Part shown: one piece after another, positions 44,701 to 58,900 of the stretch | How the letters are laid out: the number at the start of each line of letters is the position of its first letter | Numbering within the stretch: position 1 is the stretch's first letter | NCBI GenBank assembly: GCA_964057225.1 | Contig: OZ059900.1 | Span: 23,622,001-23,686,000 of the forward strand | DNA length: 64,000 nucleotides | Direction: 5' to 3' | Source: Auanema rhodensis | Lineage: Eukaryota; Animalia; Nematoda | The notes under the pieces: generated by a model | Seen by the model: the letters and a program-made list of their open reading frames with translations, nothing else | Database searches by the model: none | Told to the model about the DNA's origin: nothing | Position numbers and translations under genes: made by a program

Positions 44701-45700
44701 AATACGACTTAGTTTACTCAATTATATCAAGCTTCATGAACACGGACTGCTTGTGTAATATATAATAGCAATAATAGTTTTGTTTCTGTTTTTAATTAAC
44801 TTTCCTGTACGCGAGTTATAATATTTAGAACGTGATTCCTTGATTATGAAAAACTTTCAGAGCCTGCACTGATAATATAATTGGAAACAGGCAGTACGCA
44901 ATACGCAAACATTTGAATGACAGCTTTATTACAATACGACTTAGTTTACTCAATTATATCAAGCTTCATGAACACGGACTGCTTGTGTAATATATAATAG
45001 CAATAATAGTTTCGTTTCTGTTTTTAATTAACTTTCCTGTACGCGAGTTATTATATTTAGAACGTGATTCCTTCATAATGAAAAATTTTTAGAGCCTGCG
45101 CTGATAATATAACTGGAAACAGGCAATACTAAAACATTTGAATGACAGCTTTATTACAATAGGACTTAGTTTACTCAATCATATCAAGCTTCATGAACAC
45201 GGACTGTTTGTGCAATAGATGATAGCAATGATTATTTCGTTTCTTTTTTCAATTAACTTTCCAGTACGCGAGTTATTATATTTAGAACGTGATTCCTTCA
45301 TAATGAAAAATTTTTAGAGCCTGCACTGATAATATAACTGGAAACAGGCAATACGCAAACATTTGAATGACAGCTTTATTACAATACGACTTAGTTTACT
45401 CAATCATATCAAGCTTCATGAACACGGACTGTTTGTGCAATAGATGATAGCAATGATAGTTTCGTTTCTTTTTTTAACTAACTTTCCAGTACGCGAGTTA
45501 TAATATTTAGAACGCGATTCCTTGATAATGCAAAACTTTCAGAGCCTGCACTGATAATATAATTGGAAACAGGCAGTACGCAATACGCAAACATTTGAAT
45601 GACAGCTTTATTATAATACGACTTAGTTTACTCAATTATATCAAGCTTCATGAACACGGACTGCTTGTGTAATATATAATAGCAATAATAGTTTCGTTTC
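38620..45700 (+). repeat. 12-monomer duplication (2749 bp) followed by a shortened 9-monomer copy (2060 bp)
   Basis: GCTTATGT at 39483/42232/44292, TTTACTAAAT at 39672/42421, ATAATGCAAA at 40941/43690. Confidence 0.9.
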
Positions 45701-48700
45701 TGTTTTTAATTAACTTTCCTGTACGCGAGTTATAATATTTAGAACGTGATTCTTTGATTATGAAAAACTTTCAGAGCCTGCACTGATAATATAATTGGAA
45801 ACAGGCAGTACGCAATACGCAAACATTTGAATGGCAGCTTTATTACAATACAACTTAGTTTCCTCAATTATATCAAGCTTCATGAACACGGACTGTTTGT
45901 GCAATAGATGATAGCAATGATAATTTCGTTTCTTTTTTCAATTAACTTTCCAGTACGCGAGTTATTATATTTAGAACGTGATTCCTTCATAATGAAAACT
46001 TTTTAGAGCCTGCACTGATAATATAACTGGAAACAGGCAATACTAAAACATTAGAATGACAGCTTTATTACAATAGGACTTAGTTTACTCAATCATACCA
46101 ATCTTCATGAACACGGACTGTTTGTGTAATAGATAATAGCAATAATAGTTTCGTTTCTGTTTTTAATTAACTTTCCTGTACGCGAGTTATAATATTTAGA
46201 ACGTGATTCCTTGATTATGAAAAACTTTCAGAGCCTGCACTGATAATATAATTGGAAACAGGCAGTACGCAATAGGCAAACATTTGAATGACAGCTTTAT
46301 TACAATACGACTTAGTTTACTCAATTATATCAAGCTTCATGAACACGGACTGCTTGTGTAATATATAATAGCAATAATAGTTTTGTTTCTGTTTTTAATT
46401 AACTTTCCTGTACGCGAGTTACAATATTTAGAACGTGATTCCTTCATAATGAAAAATTTTTAGAGCCTGCACTGATAATATAACTGGAAACAGGCAGTAC
46501 GCGATACGCAAATATTTGAATGACAGCTTTAATACAAGATGACTTAGCTTACTCAATCATATCAAGCTTCATGAACAGGGACTGCTTGTGTAATAGATGA
46601 TAGCAATGATAGTTTCGTTTCTTTTTTTAATTAACTTTCCAGTACGCGAGTTATCATATTTAGAACGCGATTGCTTCATAATGAAAAATGTTTAGAGCCT
46701 GCACTGATAATATAATTGGAAACAGGCAGTACGCAATACGCAAACATTTGAATGGCAGCTTTAATACAAGACGACTTAGTTTACTCAATCATATCAAGCT
46801 TCATGAACACGGACTGTTTGTGCAATAGATGATAGCAATGATAGTTTCGTTTCTTTTTTTAACTAACTTTCCAGTACGCGAGTTAAAATATTTAGAACGC
46901 GATTCCTTGATAATGAAAAACTTTCAGAGCCTGCACTGATAATATAATTGGTAACAGGCAGTACGCAATACGCAAACATTTGAATGACAGCTTTATTATA
47001 ATACGACTTAGTTTACTCAATTATATCAAGCTTCATGAACACGGACTGCTTGTGTAATATATAATAGCAATAATAGTTTCGTTTCTGTTTTTAATTAACT
47101 TTCCTGTACGCGAGTTATAATATTTAGAACGTGATTCCTTGATTATGAAAAACTTTCAGAGCCTGCACTGATAATATAACTGGAAACAGGCAGTACGCAA
47201 TACGCAAACATTTGAATGACAGCTTTATTACAATACGACTTAGCTTACTCAATCATATCAAGCTTCATGAACAGGGACTGCTTATGTAATAGATGATAGC
47301 AATGATAATTTCGTTTCTTTTTTCAATTAACTTTCCAGTACGCGAGTTATTATATTTAGAACGTGATTCCTTCATAATGAAAACTTTTTAGAGCCTGCAC
47401 TGATAATATAATTGGAAACAGGCAGTACGCAATACGCAAACATTTGAATGACAGCTTTATTATAATACGACTTAGTTTACTCAATTATATCAAGCTTCAT
47501 GAACACGGACTGCTTGTGTAATATATAATAGCAATAATAGTTTCGTTTCTGTTTTTAATTAACTTTCCTGTACGCGAGTTATAATATTTAGAACGTGATT
47601 CTTTGATTATGAAAAACTTTCAGAGCCTGCACTGATAATATAATTGGAAACAGGCAGTACGCAATACGCAAACATTTGAATGGCAGCTTTATTACAATAC
47701 AACTTAGTTTCCTCAATCATATCAAGCTTCATGAACACGGACTGTTTGTGCAATAGATGATAGCAATGATAGTTTCGTTTCTTTTTTTAATTAACTTTCC
47801 AGTACGCGAGCTATAATATTTAGAACGCGATTCCTTGATAATGAAAAACTTTCAGAGCCTGCACTGATAATATAACTGGAAACAGGCAATACTAAAACAT
47901 TTGAATGACAGCTTTATTACAATAGGACTTAGTTTACTCAATCATACCAATCTTCATGAACACGGACTGTTTGTGTAATAGATAATAGCAATAATAGTTT
48001 CGTTTCTGTTTTTAATTAACTTTCCTGTACGCGAGTTATAATATTTAGAACGTGATTCCTTGATTATGAAAAATTTTTAGAGCCTGCACTGATAATATAA
48101 CTGGAAACAGGCAGTACGCGATACGCAAATATTTGAATGACAGCTTTAATACAAGACGACTTAGCTTACTCAATCATATCAAGCTTCATGAACAGGGACT
48201 GCTTGTGTAATAGATGATAGCAATGATAGTTTCGTTTCTTTTTTTAACTAACTTTCCAGTACGCGAGTTATAATATTTAGAACGCGATTCCTTGATAATG
48301 AAAAACTTTCAGAGCCTGCACTGATAATATAATTGGAAACAGGCAGTACGCAATACGCAAACATTTGAATGACAGCTTTATTATAATACGACTTAGTTTA
48401 CTCAATTATATCAAGCTTCATGAACACGGACTGCTTGTGTAATATATAATAGCAATAATAGTTTCGTTTCTGTTTTTAATTAACTTTCCTGTACGCGAGT
48501 TATAATATTTAGAACGTGATTCCTTGATTATGAAAAACTTTCAGAGCCTGCACTGATAATATAACTGGAAACAGGCAGTACGCGATACGCAAATATTTGA
48601 ATGACAGCTTTAATACAAGACGACTTAGCTTACTCAATCATATCAAGCTTCATGAACAGGGACTGCTTATGTAATAGATGATAGCAATGATAATTTCGTT

Positions 48701-51320
48701 TCTTTTTTCAATTAACTTTCCAGTACGCGAGTTATTATATTTAGAACGTGATTTCTTCATAATGAAAACTTTTTAGAGCCTGCACTGATAATATAACTGG
48801 AAACAGGCAATACTAAAACATTAGAATGACAGCTTTATTACAATAGGACTTAGTTTACTAAATCATACCAATCTTCATGAACACGGACTGTTTGTGTAAT
48901 AGATAATAGCAATAATAGTTTCGTTTCTGTTTTTAATTAACTTTCCTGTACGCGAGTTATAATATTTAGAACGTGATTCCTTGATTATGAAAAACTTTCA
49001 GAGCCTGCACTGATAATATAATTGGAAACAGGCAGTACGCAATACGCAAACATTTGAATGACAGCTTTATTACAATACGACTTAGTTTACTCAATTATAT
49101 CAAGCTTCATGAACACGGACTGCTTGTGTAATATATAATAGCAATAATAGTTTTGTTTCTGTTTTTAATTAACTTTCCTGTACGCGAGTTATAATATTTA
49201 GAACGTGATTCCTTGATTATGAAAAACTTTCAGAGCCTGCACTGATAATATAATTGGAAACAGGCAGTACGCAATACGCAAACATTTGAATGACAGCTTT
49301 ATTACAATACGACTTAGTTTACTCAATTATATCAAGCTTCATGAACACGGACTGCTTGTGTAATATATAATAGCAATAATAGTTTCGTTTCTGTTTTTAA
49401 TTAACTTTCCTGTACGCGAGTTATTATATTTAGAACGTGATTCCTTCATAATGAAAAATTTTTAGAGCCTGCGCTGATAATATAACTGGAAACAGGCAAT
49501 ACTAAAACATTTGAATGACAGCTTTATTACAATAGGACTTAGTTTACTCAATTATATCAAGCTTCATGAACACGGACTGCTTGTGTAATATATAATAGCA
49601 ATAATAGTTTCGTTTCTGTTTTTAATTAACTTTCCTGTACGCGAGTTATAATATTTAGAACGTGATTCTTTGATTATGAAAAACTTTCAGAGCCTGCACT
49701 GATAATATAATTGGAAACAGGCAGTACGCAATACGCAAACATTTGAATGGCAGCTTTATTACAATACAACTTAGTTTCCTCAATTATATCAAGCTTCATG
49801 AACACGGACTGTTTGTGCAATAGATGATAGCAATGATAATTTCGTTTCTTTTTTCAATTAACTTTCCAGTACGCGAGTTATTATATTTAGAACGTGATTC
49901 CTTCATAATGAAAACTTTTTAGAGCCTGCACTGATAATATAACTGGAAACAGGCAATACTAAAACATTAGAATGACAGCTTTATTACAATAGGACTTAGT
50001 TTACTCAATCATACCAATCTTCATGAACACGGACTGTTTGTGTAATAGATAATAGCAATAATAGTTTCGTTTCTGTTTTTAATTAACTTTCCTGTACGCG
50101 AGTTATAATATTTAGAACGTGATTCCTTGATTATGAAAAACTTTCAGAGCCTGCACTGATAATATAATTGGAAACAGGCAGTACGCAATAGGCAAACATT
50201 TGAATGACAGCTTTATTACAATACGACTTAGTTTACTCAATTATATCAAGCTTCATGAACACGGACTGCTTGTGTAATATATAATAGCAATAATAGTTTT
50301 GTTTCTGTTTTTAATTAACTTTCCTGTACGCGAGTTACAATATTTAGAACGTGATTCCTTCATAATGAAAAATTTTTAGAGCCTGCACTGATAATATAAC
50401 TGGAAACAGGCAGTACGCGATACGCAAATATTTGAATGACAGCTTTAATACAAGATGACTTAGCTTACTCAATCATATCAAGCTTCATGAACAGGGACTG
50501 CTTGTGTAATAGATGATAGCAATGATAGTTTCGTTTCTTTTTTTAATTAACTTTCCAGTACGCGAGTTATCATATTTAGAACGCGATTGCTTCATAATGA
50601 AAAATGTTTAGAGCCTGCACTGATAATATAATTGGAAACAGGCAGTACGCAATACGCAAACATTTGAATGGCAGCTTTAATACAAGACGACTTAGTTTAC
50701 TCAATCATATCAAGCTTCATGAACACGGACTGTTTGTGCAATAGATGATAGCAATGATAGTTTCGTTTCTTTTTTTAACTAACTTTCCAGTACGCGAGTT
50801 AAAATATTTAGAACGCGATTCCTTGATAATGAAAAACTTTCAGAGCCTGCACTGATAATATAATTGGTAACAGGCAGTACGCAATACGCAAACATTTGAA
50901 TGACAGCTTTATTATAATACGACTTAGTTTACTCAATTATATCAAGCTTCATGAACACGGACTGCTTGTGTAATATATAATAGCAATAATAGTTTCGTTT
51001 CTGTTTTTAATTAACTTTCCTGTACGCGAGTTATAATATTTAGAACGTGATTCCTTGATTATGAAAAACTTTCAGAGCCTGCACTGATAATATAACTGGA
51101 AACAGGCAGTACGCAATACGCAAACATTTGAATGACAGCTTTATTACAATACGACTTAGCTTACTCAATCATATCAAGCTTCATGAACAGGGACTGCTTA
51201 TGTAATAGATGATAGCAATGATAATTTCGTTTCTTTTTTCAATTAACTTTCCAGTACGCGAGTTATTATATTTAGAACGTGATTCCTTCATAATGAAAAC
51301 TTTTTAGAGCCTGCACTGAT
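45620..51320 (+). repeat. 17-monomer-period duplication (offset 3916 bp)
   Basis: AATAGGCAAA at 46271/50187, AGTTAAAATA at 46881/50797, GGTAAC variant at 46952/50868, GCTTATGT at 47280/51196. Confidence 0.9.
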
Positions 51321-51420
51321 AATATAACTGGAAACAGGCAATACTAAAACATTAGAATGACAGCTTTATTACAATAGGACTTAGTTTACTCAATCATACC
51401 AATCTTCATGAACACGGACT

Positions 51421-52790
51421 GTTTGTGTAATAGATAATAGCAATAATAGTTTCGTTTCTGTTTTTAATTAACTTTCCTGTACGCGAGTTATAATATTTAG
51501 AACGTGATTCCTTGATTATGAAAAACTTTCAGAGCCTGCACTGATAATATAATTGGAAACAGGCAGTACGCAATACGCAAGCATTTGAATGACAGCTTTA
51601 TTACAATACGACTTAGTTTACTCAATTATATCAAGCTTCATGAACACGGACTGCTTGTGTAATATATAATAGCAATAATAGTTTCGTTTCTGTTTTTAAT
51701 TAACTTTCCTGTACGCGAGTTATTATATTTAGAACGTGATTCCTTCATAATGAAAAATTTTTAGAGCCTGCACTGATAATATAACTGGAAACAGGCAATA
51801 CTAAAACATTTGAATGACAGCTTTATTACAATAGGACTTAGTTTACTCAATTATATCAAGCTTCATGAACACGGACTGCTTGTGTAATATATAATTGCAA
51901 TAATAGTTTTGTTTCTGTTTTTAATTAACTTTCCTGTACGCGAGTTATAATATTTAGAACGTGATTCCTTGATTATGAAAAACTTTCAGAGCCTGCACTG
52001 ATAATATAATTGGAAACAGGCAGTACGCAATACGCAAGCATTTGAATGACAGCTTTATTACAATACGACTTAGTTTACTCAATTATATCAAGCTTCATGA
52101 ACACGGACTGCTTGTGTAATATATAATTGCAATAATAGTTTTGTTTCTGTTTTTAATTAACTTTCCTGTACGCGAGTTATTATATTTAGAACGTGATTCC
52201 TTCATAATGAAAAATTTTTAGAGCCTGCACTGATAATATAACTGGAAACAGGCAATACTAAAACATTTGAATGACAGCTTTATTACAATACGACTTAGTT
52301 TACTCAATTATATCAAGCTTCATGAACACGGACTGCTTGTGTAATATATAATTGCAATAATAGTTTTGTTTCTGTTTTTAATTAACTTTCCTGTACGCGA
52401 GTTATAATATTTAGAACGTGATTCCTTGATTATGAAAAACTTTCAGAGCCTGCACTGATAATATAATTGGAAACAGGCAGTACGCAATACGCAAGCATTT
52501 GAATGACAGCTTTATTACAATACGACTTAGTTTACTCAATTATATCAAGCTTCATGAACACGGACTGCTTGTGTAATATATAATAGCAATAATAGTTTCG
52601 TTTCTGTTTTTAATTAACTTTCCTGTACGCGAGTTATTATATTTAGAACGTGATTCCTTCATAATGAAAAATTTTTAGAGCCTGCACTGATAATATAACT
52701 GGAAACAGGCAATACTAAAACATTTGAATGACAGCTTTATTACAATAGGACTTAGTTTACTAATTCATATCAAGCTTCATGAACACGGAC
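51421..52790 (+). repeat. Triplicated long+short dimer (457 bp)
   Basis: GCAAGCATT variant at 51581, 52038 and 52495. Confidence 0.9.
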
Positions 52791-52999
52791 TGTTTGTGCA
52801 ATAGATGATAGCAATGATTATTTCGTTTCTTTTTTCAATTAACTTTCCAGTACGCGAGTTATTATATTTAGAACGTGATTCCTTCATAATGAAAAATTTT
52901 TAGAGCCTGCACTGATAATATAACTGGCAACAGGCAATACGCAAACATTTGAATGACAGCTTTATTACAATACGACTTAGTTTACTCAATCATATCAAG

Positions 53000-55900
53000 C
53001 TTCATGAACACGGACTGTTTGTGCAATAGATGATAGCAATGATAGTTTCGTTTCTTTTTTTAACTAACTTTCCAGTACGCGAGTTATAATATTTAGAACG
53101 CGATTCCTTGATAATGAAAAATTTTTAGAGCCTGCACTGATAATATAACTGGCAACAGGAAATACGCAAACATTTGAATGACAGCTTTATTACAATACGA
53201 CTTAGTTTACTCAATCATATCAAGCTTCATGAACACGGACTGTTTGTGCAATAGATGATAGCAATGATAGTTTCGTTTCTTTTTTTAACTAACTTTCCAG
53301 TACGCGAGTTATAATATTTAGAACGCGATTCCTTGATAATGAAAAACTTTCAGAGCCTGCACTGATAATATAATTGGAAACAGGCAGTACGCAATACGCA
53401 AACATTTGAATGACAGCTTTATTATAATACGACTTAGTTTACTCAATTATATCAAGCTTCATGAACACGGACTGCTTGTGTAATATATAATAGCAATAAT
53501 AGTTTCGTTTCTGTTTTTAATTAACTTTCCTGTACGCGAGTTATAATATTTAGAACGTGATTCTTTGATTATAAAAAACTTTCAGAGCCTGAACTGATAA
53601 TATAATTGGAAACAGGCAGTACGCAATACGCAAACATTTGAATGGCAGCTTTATTACAATACGACTTAGTTTACTCAATTATATCAAGCTTCATGAACAC
53701 GGACTGTTTGTGCAATAGATGATAGCAATGATAATTTCGTTTCTTTTTTCAATTAACTTTCCAGTACGCGAGTTATTATATTTAGAACGTGATTCCTTCA
53801 TAATGAAAACTTTTTAGAGCCTGCACTGATAATATAACTGGAAACAGGCAATACTAAAACATTAGAATGACAGCTTTATTACAATAGGACTTAGTTTACT
53901 CAATCATACCAATCTTCATGAACACGGACTGTTTGTATAATAGATAATAGCAATAATAGTTTCGTTTCTGTTTTTAATTAACTTTCCTGTACGCGAGTTA
54001 TAATATTTAGAACGTGATTCCTTGATTATGAAAAACTTTCAGAGCCTGCACTGATAATATAATTGGAAACAGGCAGTACGCAATAGGCAAACATTTGAAT
54101 GACAGCTTTATTACAATACGACTTAGTTTACTCAATTATATCAAGCTTCATGAACACGGACTGCTTGTGTAATATATAATAGCAATAATAGTCTTGTTTC
54201 TGTTTTTAATTAACTTTCCTGTACGCGAGTTACAATATTTAGAACGTGATTCCTTCATAATGAAAAATTTTTAGAGCCTGCACTGATAATATAACTGGAA
54301 ACAGGCAATACTAAAACATTTGAATGACAGCTTTATTACAATAGGACTTAGTTTACTCAATCATATCAAGCTTCATGAACACGGACTGTTTGTGCAATAG
54401 ATGATAGCAATGATTATTTCGTTTCTTTTTTCAATTAACTTTCCAGTACGCGAGTTATTATATTTAGAACGTGATTCCTTCATAATGAAAAATTTTTAGA
54501 GCCTGCACTGATAATATAATTGGAAACAGGCAGTACGCAATACGCAAACATTTGAATGACAGCTTTATTACAATACGACTTAGCTTACTCAATCATATCA
54601 AGCTTCATGAACAGGGACTGTTTGTGTAATAGATGATAGCAATGATAGTTTCGTTTCTTTTTTTAATTAACTTTCCAGTACGCGAGTTATCATATTTAGA
54701 ACGCGATTGCTTCATAATGAAAAATGTTTAGAGCCTGCACTGATAATATAACTGGCAACAGGCAATACGCAAACATTTGAATGACAGCTTTATTACAATA
54801 GGACTTAGTTTACTCAATCATACCAATCTTCATGAACACGGACTGTTTGTGTAATAGATAATAGCAATAATAGTTTCGTTTCTGTTTTTAATTAACTTTC
54901 CTGTACGCGAGTTATAATATTTAGAACGTGATTCCTTGATTATGAAAAATTTTTAGAGCCTGCACTGATAATATAACTGGAAACAGGCAGTACGCGATAC
55001 GCAAATATTTGAATGACAGCTTTATTACAATACGACTTAGTTTACTCAATCATATCAAGAGTCATGAACACGGACTGTTTGTGTAATAGATAATAGCAAT
55101 AATAGTTTCGTTTCTGTTTTCAAATAACTTTCCAGTACGCGAGTTATTATATTTAGAACGTGATTCCTTCATAATGAAAAATTTTTAGAGCCTGCACTGA
55201 TAATATAACTGGAAACAGGCAGTACGCGATACGCAAACATTTGAATGACAGCTTTATTACAATACGACTTAGTTTACTCAATTATATCAAGCTTCATCAA
55301 CACGGACTGTTTGTGCAATAGATGATAGCAATGATAATTTCGTTTCTTTTTTTAATTAACTTTCCAGTACGCGAGTTATCATATTTAGAACGCGATTGCT
55401 TCATAATGAAAAATGTTTAGAGCCTGCACTGATAATATAACTGGCAACAGGCAATACGGAAACATTTGAATGACAGCTTTATTACAATACGACTTAGTTT
55501 ACTCAATCATATCAAGCTTCATGAACACGGACTGTTTGTGTAATAGATAATAGCAATAATAGTTTCGTTTCTGTTTTCAAATAACTTTCCAGTACGCGAG
55601 TTATTATATTTAGAACGTGATTCCTTCATAATGAAAAATTTTTAGAGCCTGCACTGATAATATAACTGGAAACAGGCAGTACGCGATACGCAAATATTTG
55701 AATGACAGCTTTAATACAATACGACTTAGCTTACTCAATCATATCAAGCTTCATGAACAGGGACTGCTTGTGTAATAGATGATAGCAATGATAGTTTCGT
55801 TTCTTTTTTTAATTAACTTTCCAGTACGCGAGTTATCATATTTAGAACGCGATTGCTTCATAATGAAAAATGTTTAGAGCCTGCACTGATAATATAACTG

Positions 55901-58900
55901 GCAACAGGCAATACGGAAACATTTGAATGACAGCTTTATTACAATACGACTTAGTTTACTCAATCATATCAAGCTTCATGAACACGGACTGTTTGTGCAA
56001 TAGATGATAGCAATGATAGTTTCGTTTCTTTTTTTAACTAACTTTCCAGTACGCGAGTTATAATATTTAGAACGCGATTCCTTGATAATGAAAAACTTTC
56101 AGAGCCTGCACTGATAATATAACTGGAAACAGGCAATACTAAAACATTTGAATGACAGCTTTATTACAATAGGACTTAGTTTACTCAATCATACCAATCT
56201 TCATGAACACGGACTGCTTGTGTAATATATAATAGCAATAATAGTTTCGTTTCTGTTTTTAATTAACTTTCCTGTACGCGAGTTATAATATTTAGAACGT
56301 GATTCTTTGATTATAAAAAACTTTCAGAGCCTGCACTGATAATATAACTGGCAACAGGCAATACGCAAACATTTGAATGACAGCTTTATTACAATACGAC
56401 TTAGTTTACTCAATCATATCAAGCTTCATGAACACGGACTGTTTGTGCAATAGATGATAGCAATGATAGTTTCGTTTCTTTTTTTAACTAACTTTCCAGT
56501 ACGCGAGTTATAATATTTAGAACGCGATTCCTTGATAATGAAAAATTTTTAGAGCCTGCACTGATAATATAACTGGCAACAGGCAATACGCAAACATTTG
56601 AATGACAGCTTTATTACAATACGACTTAGTTTACTCAATCATATCAAGCTTCATGACCACGGACTGTTTGTGCAATAGATGATAGCAATGATAGTTTCGT
56701 TTCTTTTTTTAACTAACTTTCCAGTACGCGAGTTATAATATTTAGAACGCGATTCCTTGATAATGAAAAATTTTTAGAGCCTGCACTGATAATATAACTG
56801 GCAACAGGAAATACGCAAACATTTGAATGACAGCTTTATTACAATACGACTTAGTTTACTCAATCATATCAAGCTTCATGAACACGGACTGTTTGTGCAA
56901 TAGATGATAGCAATGATAGTTTCGTTTCTTTTTCTAACTAACTTTCCAGTACGCGAGTTATAATATTTAGAACGCGATTCCTTGATAATGAAAAACTTTC
57001 AGAGCCTGCACTGATAATATAATTGGAAACAGGCAGTACGCAATACGAAAACATTTGAATGACAGTTTTATTATAATACGACTTAGTTTACTCAATTATA
57101 TCAAGCTTCATGAACACGGACTGCTTGTGTAATATATAATAGCAATAATAGTTTCGTTTCTGTTTTTAATTAACTTTCCTGTACGCGAGTTATAATATTT
57201 AGAACGTGATTCTTTGATTATAAAAAACTTTCAGAGCCTGCACTGATAATATAATTGGAAACAGGCAGTACGCAATACGCAAACATTTGAATGGCAGCTT
57301 TATTACAATACGACTTAGTTTACTCAATTATATCAAGCTTCATGAACACGGACTGTTTGTGCAATAGATGATAGCAATGATAATTTCGTTTCTTTTTTCA
57401 ATTAACTTTCCAGTACGCGAGTTATTATATTTAGAACGTGATTCCTTCATAATGAAAACTTTTTAGAGCCTGCACTGATAATATAACTGGAAACAGGCAA
57501 TACTAAAACATTTGAATGACAGCTTTATTACAATAGGACTTAGTTTACTCAATCATACCAATCTTCATGAACACGGACTGTTTGTGTAATAGATAATAGC
57601 AATAATAGTTTCGTTTCTGTTTTTAATTAACTTTCCTGTACGCGAGTTATAATATTTAGAACGTGATTCCTTGATTATGAAAAACTTTCAGAGCCTGCAC
57701 TGATAATATAATTGGAAACAGGCAGTACGCAATAGGCAAACATTTGAATGACAGCTTTATTACAATACGACTTAGTTTACTCAATTATATCAAGCTTCAT
57801 GAACACGGACTGCTTGTGTAATATATAATAGCAATAATAGTTTTGTTTCTGTTTTTAATTAACTTTCCTGTACGCGAGTTACAATATTTAGAACGTGATT
57901 CCTTCATAATGAAAAATTTTTAGAGCCTGCACTGATAATATAACTGGAAACAGGCAATACTAAAACATTTGAATGACAGCTTTATTACAATAGGACTTAG
58001 TTTACTCAATCATATCAAGCTTCATGAACACGGACTGTTTGTGCAATAGATGATAGCAATGATTATTTCGTTTCTTTTTTCAATTAACTTTCCAGTACGC
58101 GAGTTATTATATTTAGAACGTGATTCCTTCATAATGAAAAATTTTTAGAGCCTGCACTGATAATATAATTGGAAACAGGCAGTACGCAATACGCAAACAT
58201 TTGAATGACAGCTTTATTACAATACGACTTAGCTTACTCAATCATATCAAGCTTCATGAACAGGGACTGTTTGTGTAATAGATGATAGCAATGATAGTTT
58301 CGTTTCTTTTTTTAATTAACTTTCCAGTACGCGAGTTATCATATTTAGAACGCGATTGCTTCATAATGAAAAATGTTTAGAGCCTGCACTGATAATATAA
58401 CTGGCAACAGGCAATACGCAAACATTTGAATGACAGCTTTATTACAATAGGACTTAGTTTACTCAATCATACCAATCTTCATGAACACGGACTGTTTGTG
58501 TAATAGATAATAGCAATAATAGTTTCGTTTCTGTTTTTAATTAACTTTCCTGTACGCGAGTTATAATATTTAGAACGTGATTCCTTGATTATGAAAAATT
58601 TTTAGAGCCTGCACTGATAATATAACTGGAAACAGGCAGTACGCGATACGCAAATATTTGAATGACAGCTTTAATACAATACGACTTAGCTTACTCAATC
58701 ATATCAAGCTTCATGAACAGGGACTGCTTGTGTAATAGATGATAGCAATGATAGTTTCGTTTCTTTTTTTAATTAACTTTCCAGTACGCGAGTTATCATA
58801 TTTAGAACGCGATTGCTTCATAATGAAAAATGTTTAGAGCCTGCACTGATAATATAACTGGCAACAGGCAATACGGAAACATTTGAATGACAGCTTTATT

